Shown here piece by piece: positions 1 through 12,510 of a stretch of 64,000 nucleotides of DNA (the stretch's first letter is position 1; each line of letters opens with the position of its first letter). This DNA is from the human T2T-CHM13v2.0 reference genome, Homo sapiens. Location: the NCBI RefSeq assembly GCF_009914755.1, contig NC_060940.1; one strand, written 5' to 3'. The notes beneath the pieces are model-generated. The model saw nothing but the letters and a program-made list of their open reading frames with translations, was not told the DNA's origin and searched no databases. The position numbers and the translations under genes were made by a program.

Positions 1-196
1 GTGGATCCAGTGACGTTGCACCTGTTGCGATTGGTTGCCGTGGATCCAGTGACGTTGTGCCTGTTGGGATTGGTTGCCATGGATCCAGTGACGTTGCACC
101 TGTTGCGATTGGTTGCCGTGGATCCAGTGACATTGTGCCTGTTGCGATTGGCCGTGGATCCAGTGACGTTGCTCCTGTTGCGATTGGTTGCCGTGG
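1..196. repeat. 39-bp minisatellite (VNTR), at least 5 copies, cut by the window edge; in a USP10 intron
   Basis: Unit GTGGATCCAGTGACGTTGCACCTGTTGCGATTGGTTGCC starts at 1, 40, 79, 118 (36-bp variant) and 154. Confidence 0.95.
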
Positions 197-316
197 CTCC
201 TAATGTAGACCACACCCTGATTTCATTTTTAAAACTGCAATCGACAGATCTGTGCCTTTTTATTTTTTGCTGTTCTTGTCGTAAATAGTAGTGTAAGCAG
301 ATGCTCTCCTTTTCAG

Positions 317-494
317 AACTTACGATTTCCAACGGCCCCAAAAACCACTCGGTCAATGAAGAAGAGCAGGAAGAACAAGGTGAAGGAAGCGAGGATGAAT
401 GGGAACAAGTGGGCCCCCGGAACAAGACTTCCGTCACCCGCCAGGCGGATTTTGTTCAGACTCCAATCACCGGCATTTTTGGTGGACACATCAG
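317..494 (+). CDS. USP10: USP10 internal coding exon (probably exon 10): (K)[17 protein letters not shown]...GIFGGHI(R)
   Basis: ttttcag acceptor (AG 315-316); AG|gtttgt donor at 495; peptide matches USP10; 178 nt; frame continues into the next exon. Confidence 0.97.
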
Positions 495-779
495 GTTTGT
501 GCTTTTCTGGAATAACTTAATATTTGCCTTTTCTAGGGTTTTGCCATGTTGGTGAAGGGGGAAGGTGTGAGGCTTGTTTTGAGACTTCTTGGACGTAATG
601 GTTTGCATCTTGCTCCCCTGCCTGCTCTTCTCTTGCACTTCCTGATGCTTCCCTTGTCAGCCCCCGTGGCTTATTCTCTCCCTGCTGGCGCATGTCTGCA
701 GGGGACAGGGAGCTCCTCCCTTCTACTCTGTCAAGTTCAGCTGCTCACTGCTAGGGAGTAAGAGAAAAGCCAGCTAATT

Positions 780-1079
780 GGCCATACGCGGTGGTTCATG
801 CCTGTAATCCCAGGACTTTGGGAGGCCAAGGCGGGTGGATCACCTGAGGTTAGAAGTTCGAGATCAACCTGATCAACATGGTGAAACCCCGTCTCTACTA
901 AAAATACAAAAATCAACCAGGTGTGGTGACAGGCACCTGTAATCCCAGCTATTAGGGAGGCTGAGGCAGGAGAATCGCTTGAACCCAGGAGGCAGAGGTT
1001 GCAGTGGCCCAGATAGCGCCATTGCACTCCAGCATGGGTGACAGAGTGAGACTCTGTCTCAAGAAAAAAAAAAGAAAAA
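780..1079 (+). mobile_element. Alu (AluS-like), full length
   Basis: Two arms, TACTAAAAATACAAAAAT linker, A tail. Confidence 0.92.
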
Positions 1080-1225
1080 GATACAGGAGAATGTCATCAT
1101 GACTTAGGGGTAGGCAAAGGTTTCATAAGATAGGTCATAAACAATAACCACGAGAGAGAGAGAAAAAAAAATATATATATATATATTAGACTTCATCTGC
1201 ATTTAAAACTTGCAACATAAAACCA
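1080..1225 (+). mobile_element. Old L1M fragment
   Basis: Resembles the L1M segment 'ataggagaa..catgac.ttggggtaggcaaagattt...ttagacttcat'. Confidence 0.55.
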
Positions 1226-1228
1226 CCT

Positions 1229-1315
1229 CCGGGAGGCAGAGGTTGCAGTGAGCCAAGATTACACCACTGCACTCCAGCCTGGGTGACAGAGCAAGACTGT
1301 CTTCAAAAAAAAAAA
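1229..1315 (+). mobile_element. Alu right-arm 3' fragment
   Basis: CCGGGAGGCAGAGGTTGCAGTGAGCC...A tail. Confidence 0.9.
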
Positions 1316-1364
1316 CCAGCTAACCAAACCATGTGTTTTGGTAAGAGAAGACAGTGTATCTGGA

Positions 1365-1945
1365 GGAATTTTATTTATGTTAATAAATTGTGTATATTTA
1401 AAGTATACACAGATGTTATGAAATAGAGATAGTAAAATAGTTGCTACAGTGAAGCAGATAAACATATTCCCCATCACAGTTACCCTTGTGTGTGTGTGTG
1501 TGCACATGGCAAGAGCAGCTGCAGTTTTACTCATTTCACAAAAGTCCCAAATACAGTGCACTATGAGTAGCTCTTGTCCGATGTTCCACATCAGATCTCT
1601 AGACCTGTTCGCCTGTGTGGCTGCCCTTGGTGTCCTTCGACCGACATCTTCCATTCCCACTCGCCACCCCTAGGAACCACTCTTTTCCCTATCTCTGTAG
1701 TTTCGTCTTTTTTTTTTTTTTAATAAAGATTCCATGTATAAGTGAGACCATGCAATATTTTTCTTTCTGTGTCTGACTTCTTTAACTTAGTATAATGTTC
1801 CCCAGGTTCATTCCTGTTGTGGCAAATGGCAGGGTCTTTATTACAGCTGAATAGTGTTCCCTTGTCTATATATACACACCACAGTTTCTTTATCCATTGG
1901 CCCATCCACAGACAGTTGTTTCCCTGTCTTGGCTGTTGTGAACTG
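1365..1945 (-). mobile_element. L1MA-type 3' end
   Basis: Antisense L1 3' UTR/ORF2 end: 'ataagtgagaccatgcaatatttttctttctgtgtctg', 'ttctttatccatt'. Confidence 0.8.
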
Positions 1946-4003
1946 ATTGGAAGCAGGTGAGGTAGAAAGTGAAGAGAGTGTGAAGGGAGGTCTTTTTTAC
2001 ACAGACAGACCCGTGACTGGGCTGGAGTCCCTGGGCACCTGGCTGTGTGCCAGTTCCCTTAAGCAGCTTTTTGCTCATTCACAAAGTCCTTCGGAAAGGT
2101 TTTTCTTTATTTACCTGAGAGCTTTTCAGTACCACTGTGATGTGGAATTCAGCAAAACTTGTACCATCTCCAAGAAGGTTTACCCATCGAAAGTACTGAA
2201 GAGGCCTCATTGGAGCCTAATTTCCTTTCTGAGGCCTTGCGGCATAACCCCCAGGCTGGTATTTCAGTGACACTCTTAGTCTGTTGTTGTCCCAAATGCT
2301 GCGTACCTGAAAGAAAGAGCACCCCTTTTGAGGCATCAAGACTTGATTCAGTCTCAGTTCTGAGACTGAATCAACAACTTTCAACAGGTGAATAATAAGA
2401 ACCTCAGAAACCTGCGCTGACGCCCTCAGAAGCTGGTTTCCCGTCCTCTGTGGAAGTGGATTTAGAAGCCAGTTGAGCAGCCATGTGACCTTGAACAAGT
2501 CACTTCTGTGTTCTGCACTGTGAGCTCTATTCCACTGGCCCCTTTCTATTCTGGTGCTCTGTGGAGTGTCCACGGCAGCTGGGTGGTCAGTTGTCACCTG
2601 GGAAACACCCAGCCCTGACCACTGTCTGTGGTTCCTTGGGACACGTCGTGTTGGGAGGGAGACGCTGAGGTCCAGGTTGGCGCGCAGCAGCGAGGGAAGG
2701 CTGTGCCCTTTGCTCCTTCAGCCCAGCAGCCTGGTTTAGGATTGTGAGAACACCCCCTCGGGATGGGAGAGAAAGATGAATGGACAGCTCAAATGGAGGC
2801 ATCGGGAACATGGTTTTTGTGCAGAGGCCGGGTATCAGAATTTCAAGGCCACAGAGGGTCAGCATACTCAAAGATCCCAAATTTGTCTAAGAGTAACCAG
2901 TGGAAAATACCAGCGTCCATTTGGAGGACTTGCTGGCTCAGATTGAACAGCTCTGTCACAGCTGCTAGCCACATCCTCTGAGGGGTCTCTGTGTTGAAAT
3001 TGGTTGTTGATGTTTCTTTTTGAAAAACGGTAAAGCAAAGATAAGGAATTCTTACAACGTAGGAACTTCTTTTCAGCCATTGTTAAGCATGATTCTTTAT
3101 TCACACCAATTGAAAGATTTACTTCTAAAACTCAGCCTCTTCAGATGTTTTTCAGTTTCCGCAGGAAGACTTCCCCGCCTTTCTTCCCCGGTGCCACCTT
3201 TGCTAAAACACAGGACCACTGAATCAAGAGGGCTTCTTGATTCTCCACCAGCTCTCATGAGCGGTTTCCCCACTACTGTATCCCTCTCCAGAACCAGGGG
3301 AACTGTTGTCACTGAAGTCTTCAAACTGTAAAGGAGCATGGAGATGCGTAATTAAACCCTGGACAGAAAAGCTTTTAGCGAGCTCTTCACCGCATCTGTT
3401 CTGGAAAGCCTGAGTACCTGTCCACACCCATTTTATTCCGTTGAGAAACTAGGTCACCGAGACTGCAGAAATAGAAGCCCTTGTTGAACCCCTGGAATGT
3501 TTCCTTGCTGAGGCTAAATGAGAGATGGGCCGAACACACAATTTTTACTCAGAAAAACTTAGAAAAAGGAAAAAAAAAATGAAATGAAAAACCAGCTAAG
3601 AAAACAAGGTCAAATTGGCGCCCTTCTTGGAAGGGTGGCAGCCTTTTTTCCTGGAATGTTAACTTGTTTTTTATTCTACACACCCTACTCCCCTTCTTCT
3701 TTTTGTAAGACATCTTTATAGGAGGAAAATGCCATTAAAAATCCTCTATTTACCTTGGGATTTCCTCTATTTTATTAGAACAGGCTATGATACTTGGAGA
3801 AAATGGAAAGCAGCAGCGTTTTGAGGCCATGGCAGGGTGGCTGCCTTTATGAACCGGTGCAGTAAATAACAGTGTGGAGAGGAAGTGAAAGAATTTGGAA
3901 AATGAAATATGTTTTCTTCCAGAGCACTGGCGTTGGGAACATTTATCAACTGGTAGATTTAGTTGTTAGAAATACTAAGGAGGTGCTATTCAGCAGAATT
4001 ATT

Positions 4004-4255
4004 ATTTTTTTTTTTAATTTTTTTTTTATTGATAATTCTTGGGTGTTTCTCACAGAGGGGGATTTGGCAGGGTCATGGGACAATAGTGGAGGGAAGGTCA
4101 GCAGATAAACAAGTGAACAAAGGTCTCTGGTTTTCCTAGGCAGAGGACCCTGCGGCCTTCCGCAGTGTTTGTGTCCCTGATTACTTGAGATCAGGGATTG
4201 GTGATGACTCTTAACGAGCATGCTGCCTTCAAGCATCTGTTTAACAAAGCACATC
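4004..4255 (-). mobile_element. 5'-truncated SVA (SINE-R 3' end plus poly(A)) with 15-bp TSD
   Basis: Near-perfect SVA 3' end (ATTCTTGGGTGTTTCTCACAGAGGGGGATTTGGCAGGG...GCATCTGTTTAACAAAGCACATC); TTCAGCAGAATTATT at 3989-4003 and 4256-4270. Confidence 0.93.
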
Positions 4256-4422
4256 TTCAGCAGAATTATTTTTAAATTCAGTATATTTTTGGCTTTTCTC
4301 TGTGGTCTTTTGAAAGTGATATTGAATAATCTTATTTTCAGTGTTTATTCCCTTGGTTAATCTTAAGGGAAAGTAGCAAGGAGTGGTCTCTTAATTTTTT
4401 TGTTTTTGCTTTCAATTCTTAG

Positions 4423-4588
4423 GTCTGTGGTTTACCAGCAGAGTTCAAAAGAATCTGCCACTTTGCAGCCATTTTTCACGTTGCAGTTGGATATCCAGTC
4501 AGACAAGATACGCACAGTCCAGGATGCACTGGAGAGCTTGGTGGCAAGAGAATCTGTCCAAGGTTATACCACAAAAACCAAACAAGAG
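4423..4588 (+). CDS. USP10: USP10 coding exon (probably 11): [25 protein letters not shown]...TTKTKQE
   Basis: ttcttag acceptor; GAG|gtatgt donor; 166 nt; USP-domain motif [10 protein letters not shown]. Confidence 0.97.
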
Positions 4589-5011
4589 GTATGTTCACAC
4601 TTGATTTTGAACCTTTCTACTAAGGTGCTCTGGTTTGGTGGAAAGAACACAAAATTAGGAATGAGGGGAAATGGGTTTGAGTTATGCCTCTTAAATCAGT
4701 TGCTTAACCATTTTGTACTGAAAGTTTTTATGGTTTTACAATGAAATGGTTGAAACGTGATCCCAAGGGCCTCTTTTAGCTCTAAATCATATTACGCAAG
4801 GTAATGATCTCCTTTTGGATTGTTTATCTTGAGCTACATTTAATTTTCTGACAATCTAATGATGATATCACAACATCAATACTACCTCTGACAGAGGCCA
4901 AATAGCTTATTTATGTTCATGATACCGTAGGGTACAACTGTCATTAGATTAGTTAGGATGTCAGAGAGATTCCAGACACATCTGTTTTGCATTTGATTGT
5001 AGATCTTCCAG

Positions 5012-5059
5012 GTCATTGTAAATATAATATAGTCATTGTAAATATAATATAGTCATTGT
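5012..5059. repeat. 20-bp tandem duplication (2.4 copies)
   Basis: GTCATTGTAAATATAATATA x2 plus GTCATTGT. Confidence 0.9.
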
Positions 5060-6195
5060 TCTGATGCTTGTTACTCTTTGATTTGATCTGGAAAAGGTAA
5101 GATTCTTGAGTCTTTCAGTCTTCATGAATTTAAGAGTATCACATTATAGCTTGGTGGAGTCCTTGTCAACTCAGTTGGGCGAGACGGATAGCATTCTGCC
5201 CTGTGAGAGCTTATTAGTTCCTGGCTGTCCAGATGTGCCAGCTTATGGCTATTTTGTACTCTGCAGCAGAGAGTGTCTTCTCTGTTATATATCTTAGGTT
5301 GTGGCAGTGAATTCCTAAAAATGCACTGGGGAGATGAATGCAGGCTGATAATTATGGACGGTCCATAGCATTCCTGCAAAGCGATATTTGAATAATGGGC
5401 AGTGGATGGCAGCTACAAGGTAAAATAAGGTGCCCCAACGTAGAAGACCTGTCATCACATTGCATGACTGGGATGGATCTATCCTTGGCTTATCTTGTGT
5501 GCTCTGAGTCAAAAAGAGCAAAGTAGGACATAGGGACCCTTAGCACCTTCGGGGTGTCCTGCTGTGGACTGGTTCACCCAGGCTCTGGGGGGATCAGTAG
5601 AAGTTATGCCTAATCTTCTACCGTATTTGCAGACTTGCATCTCATGGGTGATTTTGTTTAAAAAATAGAAGCAGTAGGAGCCAGAGGCAGAAACTTGGTA
5701 GTTGACTTCAGTGAATGAGCTAAGAAGAGTCTGGCGGTGGACCTCGTGGAAGAGAGAGAGGGAAAAAGTGGTATTTGTGTTGGGGAGGTTGGTTGGGTGG
5801 TTCAGTTGTGCATTGGCTGTGGGTGACTGTCGGCTTGGCTCACTTCTGTGGCAGCTGCAACTCCAGAGATAGCTCCCTGGCCCTGGCTGCTGGTGCACTC
5901 TGCTTATGCTGTTTCTTGAGCCAGCTATGGGAGTCTTTGGCCACCCATGCTGTTGGGGAGGTGGTCAGCCTTTCCATGGGCTGCCTAGGGAAGACCCTTT
6001 TGTGATGTGTCTGTTTTTCTCTTTTGCTTCTGCTGCAATTACAGTTTGACTTTGCTGGGGTGGGCTGGTAGGGGTGGCGGTGTGGGGGCAGGGGTTGAGG
6101 CGCAGGTAGTTGTTAGCCTGTTGTTAGACGGTAGTGAAGAAAGAATGGTTTATCCTAAATAGCAGGTTTGGATGAAGGCTTCCAGAAAGAAGGCG

Positions 6196-6366
<171 letters not shown>

Positions 6367-6724
6367 AGGAAAGCTGGCATTTTGGTGGACTCCGGAAGAT
6401 AAAAAGGATGCTGCCAGCCGTTCTGGGTGCGTGGTTGTGGTGGTGTGTTACCAGATGAGGCCAGGACCACTTTCAACAGCAGATGTTTCAGGAAGATTTG
6501 GGACAGCTTGTATGGAAGTATCTATAAGGAGCAAATTACATATTTTCTTGAATGTGTTTTTTTTTAAGTTTTTAAAATGCCACCTTTAACTTTATTATGT
6601 TTTAGATCAGAAGTATTTTTCTGTGGGAACATGTGAAGGTTTTGGGGAAAATAGGATTATATGAAATATTTGCTATATAGAAAATGTCTGCCTTTGTTGA
6701 GTGATTAGAAATTAAGCCTCAGTT

Positions 6725-7023
6725 GGCTGGGCGAGGTGGCTCACACCTGTAATCCCAGCACTTTGGGAGGCCAAGGCGGGTGGATCACGAGGTCAGGAGA
6801 TCGAGACCATCCTGGCTAACACGGTGAAACCCCGTCTCTACTAAAAATACAAAAAGTTAGCCGGGCATGGTGGCAGGCGCCTGTAATCCCAGCTACTCAG
6901 GAGGCTGAGGCAGGAGAATGGCGTGAACCTGGGAGGCGGAGCTTGCAGTGAGCCGAGATAGCGCCACTGCAGTCCGGCCTGGGCGACAGAGCGAGACTCC
7001 GTCCCAAAAAAAAAAAAAAAAAA
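6725..7023 (+). mobile_element. AluY-family element
   Basis: AluY diagnostics GAGACCATCCTGGCTAACACGG and GGCGTGAACC..GGAGCTTGCAG; CpG-rich. Confidence 0.92.
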
Positions 7024-7027
7024 TCTC

Positions 7028-7302
7028 CAGTGGCTCATGCCTGTAATCCCAGCATTTTCGGAGGCTGAGGCAGGCGGATCACAAAGTCAAGAGATCGAGA
7101 CCATCCTGGCCAACATGTTGAAACCCCATCTCTACTAAAAATACAAAAATTAACTGGGCATGGTGGTGTGCACATGTAGTCCCAGCCTCTCAGGAGGCTG
7201 AATCACTTGAACCCTGGAGGTGGAGGTTGCAGTGAGCTGAGATCGCACCACTGCACTCCAGCCTCGATGACAGAGCGAGACTGTCTCAAAAAAAAAAAAA
7301 AA
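7028..7302 (+). mobile_element. Alu (AluSc-like), 5'-clipped
   Basis: GTCAAGAGATCGAGACCATCCTGGCCAAC; A tail. Confidence 0.88.
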
Positions 7303-7497
7303 GTATTATCCAAATGAATATGGGAAGCATCAAAGACTTTGTAAGTACAGAGAATGATAAAGGGATTGTTATTTGTAAAGATGCATCTTAGTGACAAAAA
7401 ACCTGGCTTTATTTAAAAGCAGCATTCATCAGACCTGTGAAAGTACTTCAGGAACAGATTACATTGATAAAACTCATGATTAGAATAAATAGCTTTA

Positions 7498-7750
<253 letters not shown>

Positions 7751-7802
7751 CCCACCTAATCCTACTGGTATCAGTTTTATCAATACTATCAGAGTTATTT
7801 TA

Positions 7803-8154
<352 letters not shown>

Positions 8155-8285
8155 TTAATTTTTATGCTAATTTGTCAGTAATGCCACAGAGTAAAGTTCT
8201 TAACTTTGAGTTTACGACTGGACTTCAGGGACCCAAGAGGCTCTCTGCAGTTGTGCTTATGGGAACGTATGCATTTTTCTTCTTC

Positions 8286-8582
8286 TTTTTTCTTTTTTTC
8301 TGAGACAAGATCTCGCTGTGTTGCCCAGGCTGGGGTACAGTGGCGCGAACTTAGCTCACTGCAACGTCTACCTCCTGGGTTCAAGGGATTCTCTTGCCTC
8401 TGCCACCCAAGTAGCTGGGGTTACAGGCGCCCACCACCACGCCTGGCTAATTTTGTATTTTTAGTAGAGACGGGATTTCACCATGTTGGCCAGGCTGGTC
8501 TCAAACTCTTGACCTCAGGTGATCCGCCTGTCTCAGCCTCCCAAAGTGCTGGGATTAATGGGCATGAGCCACTGCATCTGGG
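8286..8582 (-). mobile_element. AluS, antisense
   Basis: T tract followed by reverse-complement Alu. Confidence 0.9.
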
Positions 8583-8772
8583 TATGTGCATTTTCTTAAG
8601 AGGAGCATTGGTAGATCTCAGAGCTTCTGTGGGGCAGGAAAAGCCATGAAGTCCTGCCACAGGACTCTTGGGCCTCACCTCTCAGAGGACGTCTTTGAGC
8701 GGAAGGTGGATGTGGTGTTAGCTGTTGCAAGTAAGACAGGGACGGTGTGTCCTGGTGTGCTTTGTGTCTTAG

Positions 8773-8917
8773 GTTGAGATAAGTCGAAGAGTGACTCTGG
8801 AAAAACTCCCTCCTGTCCTCGTGCTGCACCTGAAACGATTCGTTTATGAGAAGACTGGTGGGTGCCAGAAGCTTATCAAAAATATTGAATATCCTGTGGA
8901 CTTGGAAATTAGTAAAG
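8773..8917 (+). CDS. USP10: USP10 coding exon (probably 12): [23 protein letters not shown]...PVDLEISK
   Basis: tgtcttag acceptor; G|gtaatg donor; 145 nt; [12 protein letters not shown] is the conserved USP KRF box. Confidence 0.97.
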
Positions 8918-10199
8918 GTAATGCATACATAAGGTCGGGAGTGTTCGTGGTGACACACTCCTGCACATCAGAAGCTCAACCCTGTAGCATTTCTTTATGA
9001 TGTCAAGAGTGAGGACATTCTCTTGCTGGACGTGGACTTGTTTTAAGTTTCTTGACTTGTAATAGACCTTAATACTAAAATTCTCATGAAAATGGCCTGT
9101 TGAAAATAGAGGCAAAAATAACTAAACTCTATAATCTTACTAGATTAGAAAAATAGCAGCTTTTGTCTATCAAAAAGAACATCACTTTTCTGTGAATATT
9201 TCAGGGATGAATGGTGCAGTTTGCCTTCCACCGAGTATTAACAGCTGTGTTGACTAGCCCAGTTAAGTGGTTTTTAGTGAAGTAAGAATGATTTCTCATA
9301 GGCAGTGAGAGTCCCTTCTAACCTCTAGTTGTGGTGGCGCACAAATAAGACGTGGCACTTACCAGCCTCAAGTCTCTGTCAGGTCACGGGCTCGGCACTT
9401 TTTGAAAGCAATTTTAAAGAGCCCCAGGTTAAAGGCATCTTGCTAAAAGCACAGCTTCAAGAAGACTTTTCTTGAAAGCTTTAGAATTTGTGAAAACGTA
9501 TAGTACAACACTGAGGCTTGATTGGGACTGTGATTAGCTAGAGAGGATTCTCAGAATATCGAGGTGTTTGGGAAGCAGAAAAGGGGACACTGGGCCTCAC
9601 TCCTGGGTCCTGCAGAGGAACAAACCTGAACCGAGAGTCCTCTTCTCTCCGTCCCCTGGCACAGCAACCCCACCTCATACCTCCTTCCATATAGATGACC
9701 CAGGAACTGTGGGCATGGCTGGCTTCTAGCCGGCTCCCTGTCTACCCTAGGGGCGCCCTATACCTTCCCGTGAAGACTCAGACACTGTCTCTCCCAGGCC
9801 TGCACACAAGAGCTGTGCTTTCTGCTGACGGGCTTGGCTGCTGTGCCGGGTTTAGTGTCCGTTGCTCCTCTCACACTTCTAGCTGCTTTATCACTCATCA
9901 GCCGATTGCTTTTTAATCCCATTTGAGGACCAGCAAGAGGAAGAAAGATGCCAGTGAGAATCATGTAACAGATCCTCCTCCCCATTTTATTCTATCCATC
10001 GGGAAACCTGGAATGCCGGCTAAGTCAAAGAAGGCATCCTCGGCCTCTGCTCCTGCATCTTCACTCGCCTCCAGATCAGCTGTCTGAGCTGACTTGGATG
10101 TTTTGCTACAGTGATTTTATTTTTATATCTTTTCTTGCTTGCTGTATTTTTATATCCGCTGCCACCTCCAATACATTATCAAAATATGACATAAATGGG

Positions 10200-10497
10200 G
10201 GCTGGGCGCAGTGGCTCACACCTGTAATCCCAGCACTTTGGGAGGCCGAGGCAGGCAGATCACCTGAGGTCAGGAGTTCGAGACCAGCCTGACCAACGTG
10301 GTGAAACCCCAACTCTTCTAAAAACACAAAAATTAGCCTAGCATGGTGGTGGGTGCCTGTAATCCTAGCTACTTGGGAGGCTGAGGCAGGAGAATCGCTT
10401 GAACCTGGGAAGCAGAGGTTGCTGAGATCATGCCACTGCACTCCAGCCTGGGCAACAGAGCAAGACTCCATCTCAAAAAAATAAATAAATAACATAA
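10200..10497 (+). mobile_element. AluSx-like
   Basis: Full dimeric Alu with (TAAA)n tail. Confidence 0.9.
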
Positions 10498-10648
10498 ATG
10501 GGGGACAAGAGGACCTCACTTGGGTCATGGGTCAGAAGTACAGATGGCTGCCTCGAACAGCATGCCTCCGACGGACTCTTGTGTCGGTGTAAGTGGTACT
10601 TCTGCGCACAGTAAGAGCAGGGAGTTCCCGCCTCGTAGCAGCTGGTAG

Positions 10649-11014
<366 letters not shown>

Positions 11015-11405
11015 TGTAATTGAAGTTTTATGATCTGACGCATATGTAAAATTTTAATTCTTGCCTTGGATTTTTCACAACTGTTTTTGTTTTTAAGTCA
11101 GCAGCTTTTTTCTTTTCCATTTTGTAGAGCACCTGTTTTTAAGGGGCCTCCCACAGGAGCATCACAGCCTCGGCCGTTGCTCCTGTTTCTTTAGTGAGCT
11201 GGCTGCACATTTTGTGTCCTATTACGTCACATGGCTCATTTCCTTCATGAGTCAATTTTTGTGCAACTGAAGGGATAGAGTGTTGTTTTGTTCCTGGTCT
11301 GACAGGCAGTTTACTTGCTGGGGAGAATGTTGTTAGCCATTTTCTGCTGCTGTTACCCTGAACCTTTCTAAAAGTGCTTCAAGCCATTGATATTTTGTTT
11401 TCCAG

Positions 11406-11471
11406 AACTGCTTTCTCCAGGGGTTAAAAATAAGAATTTTAAATGCCACCGAACCTATCGGCTCTTTGCAG
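11406..11471 (+). CDS. USP10: USP10 short coding exon (probably 13): (E)[21 protein letters not shown]
   Basis: ttttccag acceptor; G|gtgagt donor; 66 nt, phase 1-1; not in the ORF track but bridges the flanking exons in frame and supplies the YxLxA start of the His box. Confidence 0.95.
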
Positions 11472-12510
11472 GTGAGTAAATTTGTACGACATTACTTCTT
11501 CATTAAAACACTGATGAAGGGGTTTACAGCTGGGCACAGATTTGCTGCAACTTAGCATAGCGACCAGATGCTGTACTCAGGTATCCCTGTGGCCTTGTGA
11601 GTCGGGGACTCACGTGAGAGTTTCACCTGAAACTCTGCGTAGATGACGGATTATCATCTTGGCCCTGAGGACAGATAACAGAAGACCTTGCTCAAAGCGA
11701 ACATTTCTGTCTTTGAGTCAGAGGAGGGAGTTTCAGGCTCCCAGGCTGGCTGTTTGAGAATGTGACCTCTCCCGGCTGTGCTTGTGGCACCTGTGGGTGA
11801 CAGTGCTGTGGAGTTTCCACGACACCTGGTCACCCAGCCAGGTTGGGTGAGCGCGCCCCCAGCCGGTGATCCCTGCGTCCTCCCCCACAGGTATTGTTAG
11901 GGCTGCTTGAGAGGGTGGGCCCGATTACACAAGCTCCTCGGCTGCCAGGCCCTCAGTCAGTCATGAGAAATCTCCCAACAGGGTGAATGGCACCCCCTGT
12001 TCCCTCATGGGTGGACCTTGAGACCTCTTCTGTCTCCTGGCTTAGGCTCCCTGCAGTATCATTTTTTCTGCCACATCATCTTCCCTTTCCTTTCTGCCTT
12101 CCCTTTTATCCTTCTTTCTCTTTTATAGCGTCATCTTTTATGCCTGAGTCTTTACCTCTTTGGATTGTTGCTGTTTGCCGCACTTTTGTTTGCTTCCCAG
12201 GCTGTTTTTACTACATGTTTCTAGCTTCTGTGTCTTCCCTCCTCTGGTGTGGCCTTTGGTGAACCTGTTTGTATCGTAACATAACACTGCCATTTATTGA
12301 CCTTCACACATGTATTGAACCTCTTCCCAAGATATTCTTTCATTTCCTTACATGTGTCCTAGGAGATGGGAGGTGGGATCCCTGTTTTATAAAAGAATAA
12401 ACCAGAACTCAAGGAAGAAAACTCACCACTCTGGCCTGCAGTGGCAGAGCAGGGCTTCAAGCTCCTGTCCACCTCAGCTCACGCCCGATGTTTTAGGAAG
12501 TTTGGCGAGT

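Noticed and set aside
1-288. 95-aa repetitive ORF (DPVTLHLLRLVAV)n
   Set aside because: By-product of a 39/36-bp VNTR lacking stops in one frame; intronic, with no splice or promoter support. Not a CRISPR array because there are no spacers.
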